Shown: piece by piece, positions 52,681 to 64,000 of the stretch
Layout of the letters: every line of letters starts with the position of its first letter
How positions within the stretch are numbered: position 1 is the stretch's first letter
Assembly: GCA_951406725.2 (NCBI GenBank)
Contig: OX597821.1
Location: forward strand, 101,618,001-101,682,000
Length of the DNA: 64,000 nucleotides
Direction: 5' to 3'
Source: Octopus vulgaris
Taxonomy: Eukaryota
Translations under genes and position numbers: made by a program
Notes under the pieces: generated by a model
Databases searched by the model: none
Told to the model about the DNA's origin: nothing
What the model saw: only the letters and a program-made list of their open reading frames with translations

Positions 52681-53660
52681 GAAATGTAAGATAAAGCCAG
52701 TGTTCTTGCTCAGCAGTCAGTAAAGATACTCCCACTCTATTTCACCATTATACACATATCGAATAGAAATATATATTGATTAGTAAACTTTGATATGGAA
52801 TCAATATTTGCCATTAAATAAATTTATGACCCAAATCAAGGTACATAACCATTGCAGTCAGGGTGCAGAGTTTCAGTGCAATAAAATGAAAAAGAAAAGA
52901 AAGGAAGGAATATAGTGATCCTGATGTAAATGATATACAATCAAACCTTTACTCAAAGGTTAAGCCTTAACTTCATTGATTCTGTTATCTCAAGAAAGAA
53001 GCGAGGAAAAGGCTTTCCAAAAATTACAACAGTAACCCCCAAAGATTTCTTTCAAATCAAGAAAAGGAACCCCTTCTCACCATAAAAATGAAAGCAAGAG
53101 AATCTTTAATTTCTTCAAATGAATAGAAATAATTAGTTAATGCTGGTTTCACAGTTGGAGAGATAGGGTTTCCTCAAAAACCGCAACAATTGAGCAACTT
53201 AAAAGGTCTCCCTTTAGTTTTTTAAATATAATAAATACGGAAAATTCAGACAAAATATACCAAAGTGACATACAACCATTTAAATTTTTCCATAAAGCTT
53301 TTATTTTTATATACCTTTTTATGCTTTTCTTTGATTAAACAGGTGTTTGTGAAATGTTTGTGTTCAGGTGTACACATTATTATTGTAAACAACCTCATCG
53401 TTTCTTCATTAGTTTAACACTCTACCACTGAATCATTTACAAATTTTCTTTTGTCTATTCTATTGCCATATAAGTGTAGTGGGGAGGTGAAGGAAGATTT
53501 GATGCATTGTCAAAGACACAGTGAAACATTAACTATGAGAAACAAAAATCACAATTCATAGATGGATAATTTAAACCATTTGCACTCATTTATAAAGCAC
53601 TGCATATTATTCTATGATACCCTCATATAATAGAAACTATTATCTATTGGTTAAAAGAAG

Positions 53661-53858
53661 CTACTTTCTTTTCATACAAACAGGTTTTTCATACAAACAA
53701 GCCACTTTAATGTGCTCTAATACAGCAGAAATAATCATCTCTTTAAGAAGCCTACAAGTCATAATGCTACAACTTTGAGACATTGAAGTAAAAGTTTCAA
53801 ATCGTTCTTGGAGACTGTCCATGACATGCCTGAAGTACCTCACAGGATTTGGTTCCAT
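53661..53858 (-). pseudogene. Possible hAT transposase remnant
   Basis: YFRHVMDSLQERFETF resembles the 'D....L.ERF' segment of hAT/ZMYM1-like transposases; short and unverified. Confidence 0.3.
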
Positions 53859-54003
53859 TCTTTATGAGAAAACATTTTTGTTACATCTGCAAAGTCAAAT
53901 TTATTGTATATCAAATAAATGACTTATCTACTTTTATTTATGGTCTAGTTTTCTTTTTATAATTTCAAAATAAAGCATACTAATTTTAATACACAACTAT
54001 TTT

Positions 54004-54046
<43 letters not shown>

Positions 54047-54545
54047 TATATATTCAACAACAATTGAGGAACGGCCTCAAATAGGCCATTCGACCCACTA
54101 GAAAGAGCAGCCAGGACTCAAACCGTTCCTCAATTGTTGTTGAATTTATATATATAGTCTCTGACTATTTTCTCTCTCTCACTAGACCGCTGGTGGCGAA
54201 AAAAATCACGAGACTATATACTGATATCTTGTTATCACCACCATTGTCTTCTTTTCAGCTACTCTCCTTACTTATATAATACTCATATAATACAGGGTAG
54301 CCACATGTCTCTTCTACAGCAAGATACCTGTTCCTGTATTTCACTAGTGCTCGTGTCACAAGAAAAGCACTCAGTAGATTTTGTAAAGTGGTTAGTGTTG
54401 GAAAGGGTATTTAACTGTAGAAACTTTGCCAAAACACACACTGGATCTCAATGCAATCCTCAAGCTTGTTCGATCCTATTGAACTGTCCAACCATGATAG
54501 AATGGAAGATAGAGATTAAATGAAGATGATGATGATTATATATAT

Positions 54546-54793
54546 AAAGTAAAATAGTCAAAAGGAAGAGTAAGTATGGTTAGGCAGCTTTTTAATCATT
54601 AAAAATGTTTCGATACATACAGATCCTCATATATACAGGATTTAAAGTTAAGTTTAAATTAAATTATTTAACGATTTACCTGTACAAGATCTATAAAATC
54701 CTGTATATACGAGGATCTGTATGCATCGAAACATTTGTAGCAATTAAAAAGCTGCCTAACCGTACTTACTCTTCCTCTTGACTCTTTTACTTT
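54546..54793. repeat. Near-perfect palindrome, ~98 bp arms and ~52 bp loop
   Basis: 54546-54643 matches the reverse complement of 54696-54793 with about 9 mismatches and no gaps. Confidence 0.95.
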
Positions 54794-57700
54794 TTACTTT
54801 CACACACGAGGAATACCTAAGACAATGGTTTGACAAAACCTGGAAAAAGTACAGGGGCTTTGTCAAACTCCAATGTCATTTTTGAATTGGTTTCTGTGGC
54901 TGGATGCCCTTCCTAATGCCATTTTACAGTGTGTATTGAGTACTTGTTTTATGCTAACAACACTAGCATAAAATAACACACATGAAGATTAAAAAGAAGC
55001 TGAAGATGAAAATAAGGAACATGATAATGAAATATTTGTGACTGGACATCTCTGTGTAGTTTATCAGTCTAAGAATAGTTCAAGAATACAGTATGCATAA
55101 GGTACTAAGGGTACATTATCTGAAGTTTAGGAAACAGTACTCAGAGTCCATGAAAAATTAAATTTCTAACTATTAGATGTCTATCACAGTTGGCTGTTTC
55201 TTAACAGCTGGTATCTATGCATTTTATATTCTGGGACCATAGTGTTCTATATATTTCCCCTATTATTAATTGGAATATGAACAAATGAGGATCTTGACTG
55301 CCATTTTTAGTGGATAAAATGACTTGCTAGAAACAGCTATCAATTTTCCTTAAATCATATCCTACTATTATTTTAAAGAGAGGAAGGACACATTGCCTAA
55401 TGTAGTATTAGATATAATAATATCTCAATAAAAGACAGGATAGTGATGTCTCAAACACCTTTGACCATAAGCAAGCTTGTTCAGGGATACCTAGGGCTAA
55501 ACAAAAACAAGAACTAATTGCTTTTAGGTAAAACTTGGAGCAGTTCCTGAGACTAAATTATAAGGTCAGAAAAAATTACAAAGAGTCATTTCTATTGTAA
55601 TCAGGATAAGATTTTTACTCATGTAAAAAGTAACATGTACATGTCAAGCTGTAGTTTATCACAAAACCTTTCTACTAATTCATCAAGATTAAATGGATTG
55701 GTATAATGCATATAATGCATTAGTGCATTTCACACAACATGTTTATACTTTGGGTAGTAGTGGGTTAGTGCAGTGATGTGTGATTTAAGTGATGGATAGA
55801 CTGACAAGTAAATGGATGTGTGAGCAGCTAAGTGGATGAACATGTGATAACAAATATAGCAAAGTAACAAAATATAAAATAATTGTCAATTAGAAACATT
55901 GTTGCTTGTTTAAGTCTCAATACTTCAGCCATTAGTGCTTTCAAGTTCATCTGATGAACTGATTTGATTTCATCCTCTCATTGATAAATTGAGAGTTGAA
56001 AGTGCAAAAATATATATCTGTACAGCTCAGAGATATTGAAGAAGTATTTCCACATGTCCAACTCTTCTCTGTAGCTCAGGGTCAGGTCTTGTCTCCAAAC
56101 CAAGCGTGCTTCCACAATACAGAAATTTATAGTGTTCAGTATGTTTTGCCAAGGTCTATGTTTCCATATCTGTGCTGGAATACTGTGTTGAGTGAAGTTG
56201 CTTTGATAAACTGTTCCACTATTCTGACATAACTGTCACTTTATTGATCCAACGTATCTGTCTCCGCATTGACAAAATAAACAATAAGGCAAAATCACTC
56301 AGTGCAGCTTTTCAGCACAGATGAATATACCAGACAAATATAAAAACACAGACCTTAGCAAGACATCACAGGTGCTGTGAACTTAACTTTTGGATTGTGG
56401 AGGCACACTTCATTAGAAGGCAAAACTCTACCCTGGACCATAGAGGAGAGCTAAACAGGTCAAAATACATATTTTATATCCATGTATTCTGGTGCTTCCA
56501 ACTCCTTATTTTGTTGATGAGAAAACAAATCCATTCATATGATGAAGAATTATGAACTCAAATGTACTTAAGCATTAAATCTGAAACCAGCAATGATGCT
56601 CCTGGTCCTCAGTTATTTGTTATGTTTTGTTATTTTCTCCTTTTCCTGTATATTTGTTGTCATCCACTCAGTCAATTTGTATATTTTAATTACTTAAATC
56701 ATAACTGCACCAACCTCTAATTCTATGCCCTTTGATATCATGATTATCATCATCATCATCATTTTAATGTTTACTTATCTGTGCTTGTATGAGCCACACA
56801 GAATTTGTTGAGACAGAATTTTCTTTGGCTGGATGCTCTTCCTGTCATCAACTCTCACTTGTTTCCAAGTAAGATATTTCCCCATTACCAGGCATGTGTT
56901 CATGAAAATCACTGCTTGTATGATAGTAACAGCTGCTTACAACTATCAAGGCAAGGAGACCCTAACACACACACACAAAATGGGTTTCTTTTGGTTTCCA
57001 TCTACCAAATCCACTAACAAGGTTTTAATTGGTTAGGGGCTGTAATAGAAGACATTTGGCCAAAGTTCCACACAGTGGGACTGAACCTGAAACCATGTGG
57101 TTGGAAAGTAAACTTTTTACCACACAGCCACATCTGTGCCTTTACACACCTTCAATTTCTTAAACTGTTTACCTAGTAAATGACTTTGACTGGAATTATA
57201 TAGCAAACTATCTTTAGTTAACTACAACATTCTTTTGGACTTACAAGGCATATATAATTCAAACAGCTGGACATCAAAATACATTATCATTATGAATAAA
57301 TTATTATTATAATTAATGTGTGGACGTCTACAAAAATTATGCTAACAACTCCTGAATTTTGCAATAATAAGTTAAATAACGTAGGTTTATGTTAATAGTA
57401 GTCATTAAATGTGGACAGAGACAAGCTCACAATCAATACCTTTCCTATTACGTTTTATAGCTTCTGATAAAGTAAGAAAATAAAATCATGTTGCAATAAT
57501 ACATGAAAAGTTACTACTACTACTACTGCTACTGCTGCTGCTGCTGCATCTATTTTATTAAGGGGGAAAATTTAAAGTTTTAAAATTGATTTTGTTTCAT
57601 TTGCTTTAATAGCCCATTTTTTATTGCAATTTTATTGAATTTGGCAGGAAGTAAGACATTAAATCTAGAAGGATATAAGACGCTGGCAATAGCCAGAATC

Positions 57701-58265
57701 TGTATATTCACACGAAATCCAAGCATTGGAGTGGAGACTGAAAAGAAAATGGCCACTCATCAGAAACAGTAGAAGAGATGCATTGAAGTAGTTAGTGTGA
57801 GTGACCAGGTTATAAATGTAGATGTCTGTTATAATTACTAATAATCATGAAATGAAAATGAATATGACATTGTATAATTTTAATGGAACAATGACTACCA
57901 CAGTTCAATTATTCTACAACATGTTGCCGATAAAACTGTTATGCTATACATTTGTTTACTGAAACTGATGTTGTCAGTAAATTTCCCAACTTTACTCCTC
58001 TTTTCAATTTATAAGCTCTGTTGAAATATTAGAACTGTCTCTGAATTTAGGGTTGCAAGTTAGTGATAAAATTGAAAGGCCTTAAAAACCTTTCAGTTAG
58101 AGTACATGAAACAATAATGTAGGATGTAATAATATATTTCATTTTGGTTCAGTCAGTCTCTTGCTACGCTGAGCTATGGTTGTGAGGGCAACTTGCCTGT
58201 ATCCCTGTGCACTCACAGAGACTGATTCAACCAAAATTAAATACACACACACACACACACACACA

Positions 58266-59565
58266 GAATCGAAGGGCCTTAGAGTCAACCTAGCTAAAAC
58301 CAGTGCCTTAATAAGTAGGAAGGCAGACAAACCACAAATCCCTTCAGGTAGATGGCCCTGCTCGATCTGTAGAAAAGGCATAGGTAGAAACTCTATAAGA
58401 CGTACCCAGTGTAAGCTATGGACACATAAGAGGTGCAGCAATATCAAAGAAAGGCTAACTGGGAAGATTGTTTTTGTATGTGGCAGATGCTCAGGAGCAA
58501 TGAACACTGGAAATGTGCAGAGAACAAGTTCTGTCACATTCCAGGGAGAAAAACTAGAAGTAGTTGACAGCTTCTGTTACCTAGGTGACCAAGTCAGTAG
58601 CGGGGGTGGATGCTCTGAAAGTGTAGCTGCTAGAATAAGAATAGCCTGGGCAAAGTTCAGAGAGCTCCTACCTCTGCTGGTGACAAAGGGCCTCTTGCTC
58701 AGAGTAAAGGGTAGACTGTATGGCACATGTGTACGAACAGTCATGCTACATGGCAGCGAAACATGGGCCGTGATTACTGAGGACATGTGTAAGCTTGCGA
58801 GGAATGAAGCCAGTATGCTCCGCTGGATGTGTAATGTCAGTGTGCATACAAGATAGAGTGTAAGTGTCTTGAAAGAAAAGTTGGACCTAAGAAACATCAG
58901 ATGTGGTGTGCAAGAGAGATGACTGCGCTGGTATGGACATATGGTGCAAATGGATGAGGATAGCTGTGTGAAAAAGTGTCACACCCTAGCAGTTGATAGA
59001 ATCTGTGGAAGAGGTATACTCAGGAAGACCTGGGATGAGGTGGTGAAGCACGACCTTCGAACATTGGGCTTCACCAATGCAATGACTAGTGACCGAGACC
59101 ATTGGAAATATGCTGTGCTTGAGAAGACCTGGCAAACCAAGTGAGACCATAACTCATGGCCTATGCCAGCAGTGTAACCAGCTTACTTATGCGTTGCTTG
59201 CGAAGACCTGTTGAGGCAAGTAAAATCAAAATCAAAATCGCTGATATGGTTGATGACAGCACCGCCTAACAGGCACCTGTGCCAGTGGAATGTTAAAAAC
59301 ACCATCTAGAGCGTGATCATTGCCAGGGCTGCTGACTGGCTCCCATGCCAGTGGCACTTAAAAACACCATTCGAGTGTGATCGTTACCAGTGTCGCCTTA
59401 CTGGCACGTAAAAGCATCCACTACACTCTTGGAGTTGGTTGGCGTTAGGAAAGGCATCCAGCTGTAGAAACTCTGCCAGATCAGATTGGACCCTGGTGCA
59501 GTCCTTAGTCAAACTGTCCAACCCATGCCAGCATGGAAAGCGGACATTAAACGACGATGATGATA
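58266..59565 (+). mobile_element. 5'-truncated RTE-clade LINE: end of RT, PHD-like finger, thumb, C-terminus, 3' UTR and (GAT)n tail
   Basis: ESKGLRVNLAKT, LEVVDSFCYLG, RIRIAWAKF, MLHGSETW, MLRWMCNV, LRWYGHM and GRG..RKTWDEVV, with in-frame stops (e.g. 58854-58856). The 3' UTR has internal repeats and ends in GAT repeats. Confidence 0.92.
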
Positions 59566-59854
59566 TATACACATACTTATAAAGTATGGGGGTTTAGTTC
59601 ACAAGTGATCTAAACGATTAGGTATGCTAGCTAAGTGCTGTAACAGATTACTAGGGCTCCAAGGCTGTAGCTGAGATGGTAGTTATGGAGCCATTGCAGA
59701 TTTCCATTTGTCTCTGATAACAGGATATCCTATACTCTGGGATATCCCAGAAACAGCTGTAAGACTTTGAAGTTTTTCCAATAATAATAATGTATATGAC
59801 TTGAGATATTTGCCTTGCCTTAATATTTGTTGTCCTCTTTAACAATTATACACT

Positions 59855-60027
59855 TACATACACACACATATATATATACATACATATACACACACATATA
59901 TACATACACACACATATATATATACATACATATACACACACATATATACATACACATACATATACACACACATATATACATACACACACATATATATATA
60001 CATATACATATATACACACATGCATAT

Positions 60028-60060
<33 letters not shown>

Positions 60061-60146
60061 CATAACATACATATACATATATACATAACATACATATACA
60101 TACATATATATATACACACATATACATACATATATATACATATACA
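59855..60146. repeat. Compound TA/CA microsatellite
   Basis: Direct inspection. Confidence 0.95.
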
Positions 60147-60221
60147 TTTTATGTAAACCATGTCAACATGGAAAAAGGCACACTAAATAGTGATGATGAT
60201 TATATATATATATATTACATA

Positions 60222-60258
<37 letters not shown>

Positions 60259-61069
60259 GTTTCTTTCAGTTTCCATCTGCTAAATATATTCACAAGGTTT
60301 TAGTTGGCCTTGGGCTACATACATACTTTACACAATAAAAGAAATAAAACCTCAAATACACAATCAATTTCTCTAACACCAGTTTTTCTATGAAAGCAGC
60401 CGTACATGTTATTCATCAGATCTAGGTTCAATGCCAAAATATAGCTAAGAAAGTTTGCTAAGTTGATAAATGTCTGTTAGTTTATATGAACTGTCAGCAT
60501 TCTAGCTATACCTCAGGGCAGTCTTAATACGAGTACAATTGAGAAAACCTTTTATTACTACAATTACTTGTTTCTTTAGATCAAAGACTTGGTGGATGGG
60601 AAAATGAAATTCTCTACAATGCAAGAATTCTTCATCATAAAACACAACTATATTGAAGTATTATCTTTACAATATCCTGGTATTTCACTACTTCACATGA
60701 AACCACACAATGCATATGAATGACTCAAACAGTTTAGGAAGGATAGGGGAAGGATTGACCTGCATATTTACAATAGCAGAAATTGATGAAAGTGAGGCAG
60801 CTGATATAGACTACATAGCTAACCAAGTGTTATTCAATTATCAAGACTTGGACTTTTCAGATTTAAGACATATTTCTGCAGATCATACAGAAATTGAATA
60901 AAAACTTACGACTTGCAAAATTTTATGGAAAGATCTATGCAATATAGGATAAAAGGAAGGATTTACAAATAATTTTAGATGGTTTATGGATGCTGTAGAA
61001 AAGTAATATTGGTTTAGTACTTATAGATTACTGTATTCTTAAGCCTAAGGAGGAAAGACTTGTTTTGGA

Positions 61070-61277
61070 GCCTCTTTGTGGTTATTCATCCTGCTAGAAA
61101 TAGTAGCTTAATGTCTCTCAAATTATATTTCCACTTCTAAGAAAATGACACATTGGATAATATCCTCTTGGATTCCTTGTATATAGGTAAAACACAGGAT
61201 GGCCATAGTTGAAATGCCTTGATTAGATATCTAAGCAATCAAGACTGACTTGGGCCTCAACAACAACAACAACAACC
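61070..61277 (+). mobile_element. Interspersed repeat (unassigned, SINE-like) with (CAA)n tail
   Basis: ctgctagaaatag.agc...cacattgg.taat...aaatgcctt.gat...gac.tggg..t.aacaac. Also at ~55315-55510, 27005-27110, 29180-29490, 41600-41910 and inverted at ~4400-4520 and 40985-41130. Confidence 0.65.
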
Positions 61278-61390
61278 TAATCTAGTTTAACATCCAAAAC
61301 ATGTGAAGAGTGAAAATAATCTTTTAAAAATTTAGACTATTAAGAATTTAGACAATTAAGAATAAAGACTATTAATATTTGATATTATTG

Positions 61391-61566
61391 GTTTCAAATT
61401 TTGGCACAAGGCCAGCAAATTCAAGGGATGGGGTGAGTTGATTACATCACCCCAAGTCCTCAACTGGTACTTATTTTATCAACCTCAAAAGGATGACAGG
61501 CAAAGTTGACCTTGGTGGCTAAGCATTTTGCTCAGCATACTAACAATTCTGCTAACTCACTGCCTT
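61391..61566 (-). mobile_element. Meta-SINE-like copy with internal deletion
   Basis: Same family, lacking the B-box segment. A more decayed copy lies at ~62215-62370. Confidence 0.8.
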
Positions 61567-63829
61567 AATATTTGGTATTAGTAATTTTAGATTTTCAGAA
61601 AAAAGTACAAGGTTGCTCTCTGCTTTTATAATAATAATTTTGGAATTTCCAAAGACAACCATGAAACTGAATTTATTCTTCAAATACATTAAAAAGGGAA
61701 AATATATTTACCATACAGTGTAGTGGTTTCATCAAGATAAGATAAGACAGATTGTAATATATATATGTGTGTGTGTATGATTAATTTTCCTCCAGCTTAT
61801 GTTTAAATACTGAATCCACCCACGTCTTACCTGTGAGACATTCAGTGTTTGCCAATAATGAGATCAATAATACGTAAACATACCAAAGAATGAGACATTC
61901 AAATTCAATCTATATTCTTTATAAAAGCATTTTATGTCATTTACTTCTTTCCATGGCATATGGCCAAGGAAAGAGCCATTGTTGTTATGTACAATTTGAA
62001 CTATTATAAAAGCAAAGTCTTTACACAAATAAAGTTATTTTCATATAAGGATCAAAAGGAAAACGGATTAACCTTTCAGAGCTCCTTTAGCAAAACAGGG
62101 CTGAAAAGATTGATTAATCTTCACATCACTTTTTTTTGTGATGCTGGAAAATCTCAACAATTGATCCAAATATCATATTTTCCTTTGGTTTTGTTTACTA
62201 TTACTAAATTATTAGCATAAGGTCGAATATTTTGGGAAGGGTGTAGTTGATCTTATCAATGCTAGTATGTGACTAGCACTTTATTTTATTGGTCCCAGAA
62301 GGGTGAAAAATAAAGATGACCTAAGTTGGATCTGAACACAAAACATAAAGTGCTGAAACTAAATACCACAAGGCAATTTTTCTAACTAAAATATTGATTG
62401 CTCTTTAGAACAGGCTCATCTCTTGATTATTTGGCATTCATTAATTTGTTATAAATTGATCCAAATCTGACATACAGGGCCAATATGTGTGTGTGTGTGC
62501 ATGTGTGAAGACATGTGGCCTTATGTGTGTGTGTGTGTGAAGGCATGTGGCCTTATGGTTAACATGTTAGGTTCATGACCATAGGGTTGTAGATTCAATT
62601 CCTAGACCCAAATGGCAGCATTGAGTAAGACACTTCATTTCATGTTGATCTAAGTTGAAAACAAATACTGGCCTAGTGCTGGTGCAGCCCCCACCTCTCC
62701 CTCCAGCTGTCATATCCTCGATGTTCCACTGGGTCAATGGATGTGGGAATCAAGAAGACATCTATGATTGCTCACAACTGCATAGGCACCTAAAACAATT
62801 AGTGAAATCATGGTACACGCAACTAGATCATACGTATAACTGATAGCTATGAATTAGATTCATTGGTCTGGAGATGCTTCTGCCTGACAAGACACAATGA
62901 TGGCAAAACACCGGCTGACCCAGAATCCCTTGTACTAATGAATTGGGTGTGTTGTGAATACATATTTGTTGTCAAAGAGAAGCTGTTTTCCTGTGATGAA
63001 ACACAACAGCAATTAGCATATTCATGCTTAAATCTGCTAGAACATATTAGGAATAAATATGAAAGTTGTTCTTTTATATATATCATCATCCTCATTGTCA
63101 TTTAATGTCCGTTGTCCATGCTGGCATGGTTTGGACAGTTTGACTAGGGCTGGCTAGCTGGAAGGCTACACCAGGCTCCAGTCTGATTTGGCAGGATTTC
63201 TATGGTTGGATGCCCTTCCTAACACCAACCACTCTGAGAGTGTAATGGGTGCTTTTATGTACCACCAGCATGGGTGCCATTTGCGTGACACCAGTATCTG
63301 CCAGGACTCCAATTTTACTTGGCTTGATGGGTCTTCTTAAGCACAGCATAATGCCAAAGGTCTCAGTCATTGCCTCCATGAGGCCCAATGCCCTAAAGGT
63401 GCTTTTTACATGCCATCAACATGGGTGCCAGTTACAGGACACCAGCATTAGCCATGACTATACACACACACAAGCAAATAAGTAACAGGAATGTCAAGGT
63501 AATTAGTGCATTACAGCCATTTCAAGTGGCTCCATTTAATAGATCAATGCACACATTACATCAATTTAAAATAAACTGCTCTCCTCGGAAGCATATGACC
63601 ATATAGATTTCCAACATACAGGATACTCCATTATAATTTTTTTAGAAAATCTGTCATCATTATTAGGGATTAGAATACATTGAGTCTTTTTGCTATTATT
63701 GTATCAGAATGAATTTAGGGAAAAATATCTAAGGTCTACAATGATTTAGAGCTGTACAGATGATACTGGACAGACTTGGTGCTTCAACTTAAGTACCCAA
63801 TTCAACTGAATTTATATATATATATATAT

Positions 63830-64000
63830 ATAGGGAGAGTTCACGAAAAAAACAAAGGATGAAGACAGGTTGTGTACAAAACAAACAGATGTATTAGTAT
63901 AACGCTCAGGAATTGAAAAGTCTTCTACATTTCGAGTCTACACTCTTCTACAGAAAGGGACACAGAAAAAAACAAGGAGAGAATCAAGGAGAGAAAAAAA
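63830..64000 (-). mobile_element. Probable Penelope-like terminal fragment abutting (TA)n, truncated by the window edge
   Basis: Starts directly after (TA)n. Minus strand has gaagagtgtagactcgaaatgt, resembling PLE terminal minimal-hammerhead motifs. Confidence 0.45.

Noticed and set aside
52049-52735. 228 aa ORF
   Set aside because: L/S/F-rich translation of a CT low-complexity tract.
58176-58265. N-terminal part of the 226 aa ORF
   Set aside because: Flanking DNA and (CA)n fused by chance in frame to the truncated LINE.
60580-61000. Coding-like acidic stretch (63 aa ORF), possible transposase relic
   Set aside because: No recognisable motif or convincing splice structure.

Overview
AT-rich, microsatellite-dense eukaryotic genomic DNA. 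The repeat families resemble those I recall from Octopus/coleoid cephalopods, but this is an inference. The only clear host gene is a Rab3 small GTPase on the minus strand. Two coding exons are visible (24752-24976 and 11006-11124), separated by a 13.6 kb intron; the remaining 3' exons were not found and probably lie left of position 1. Candidate upstream exons end at 38297 (adding an in-frame MEVYKM N-terminal extension) and at 51587 (non-coding). The rest is intronic or upstream DNA containing several tRNA-derived SINE families, RTE-clade LINE fragments (one with a PHD-like finger inserted in ORF2), Penelope-like GIY-YIG relics with decayed hammerhead-like motifs, piggyBac/hAT/Tc1-type MITEs, a long-TIR DNA transposon relic, and many long inverted repeats and hairpins. 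Most ORFs in the supplied track are microsatellite artefacts. I found no intact novel protein-coding system. The best leads are alternative Rab3 first exons, the dsRNA/hairpin load, a pre-miRNA-sized hairpin and the PHD-bearing RTE.
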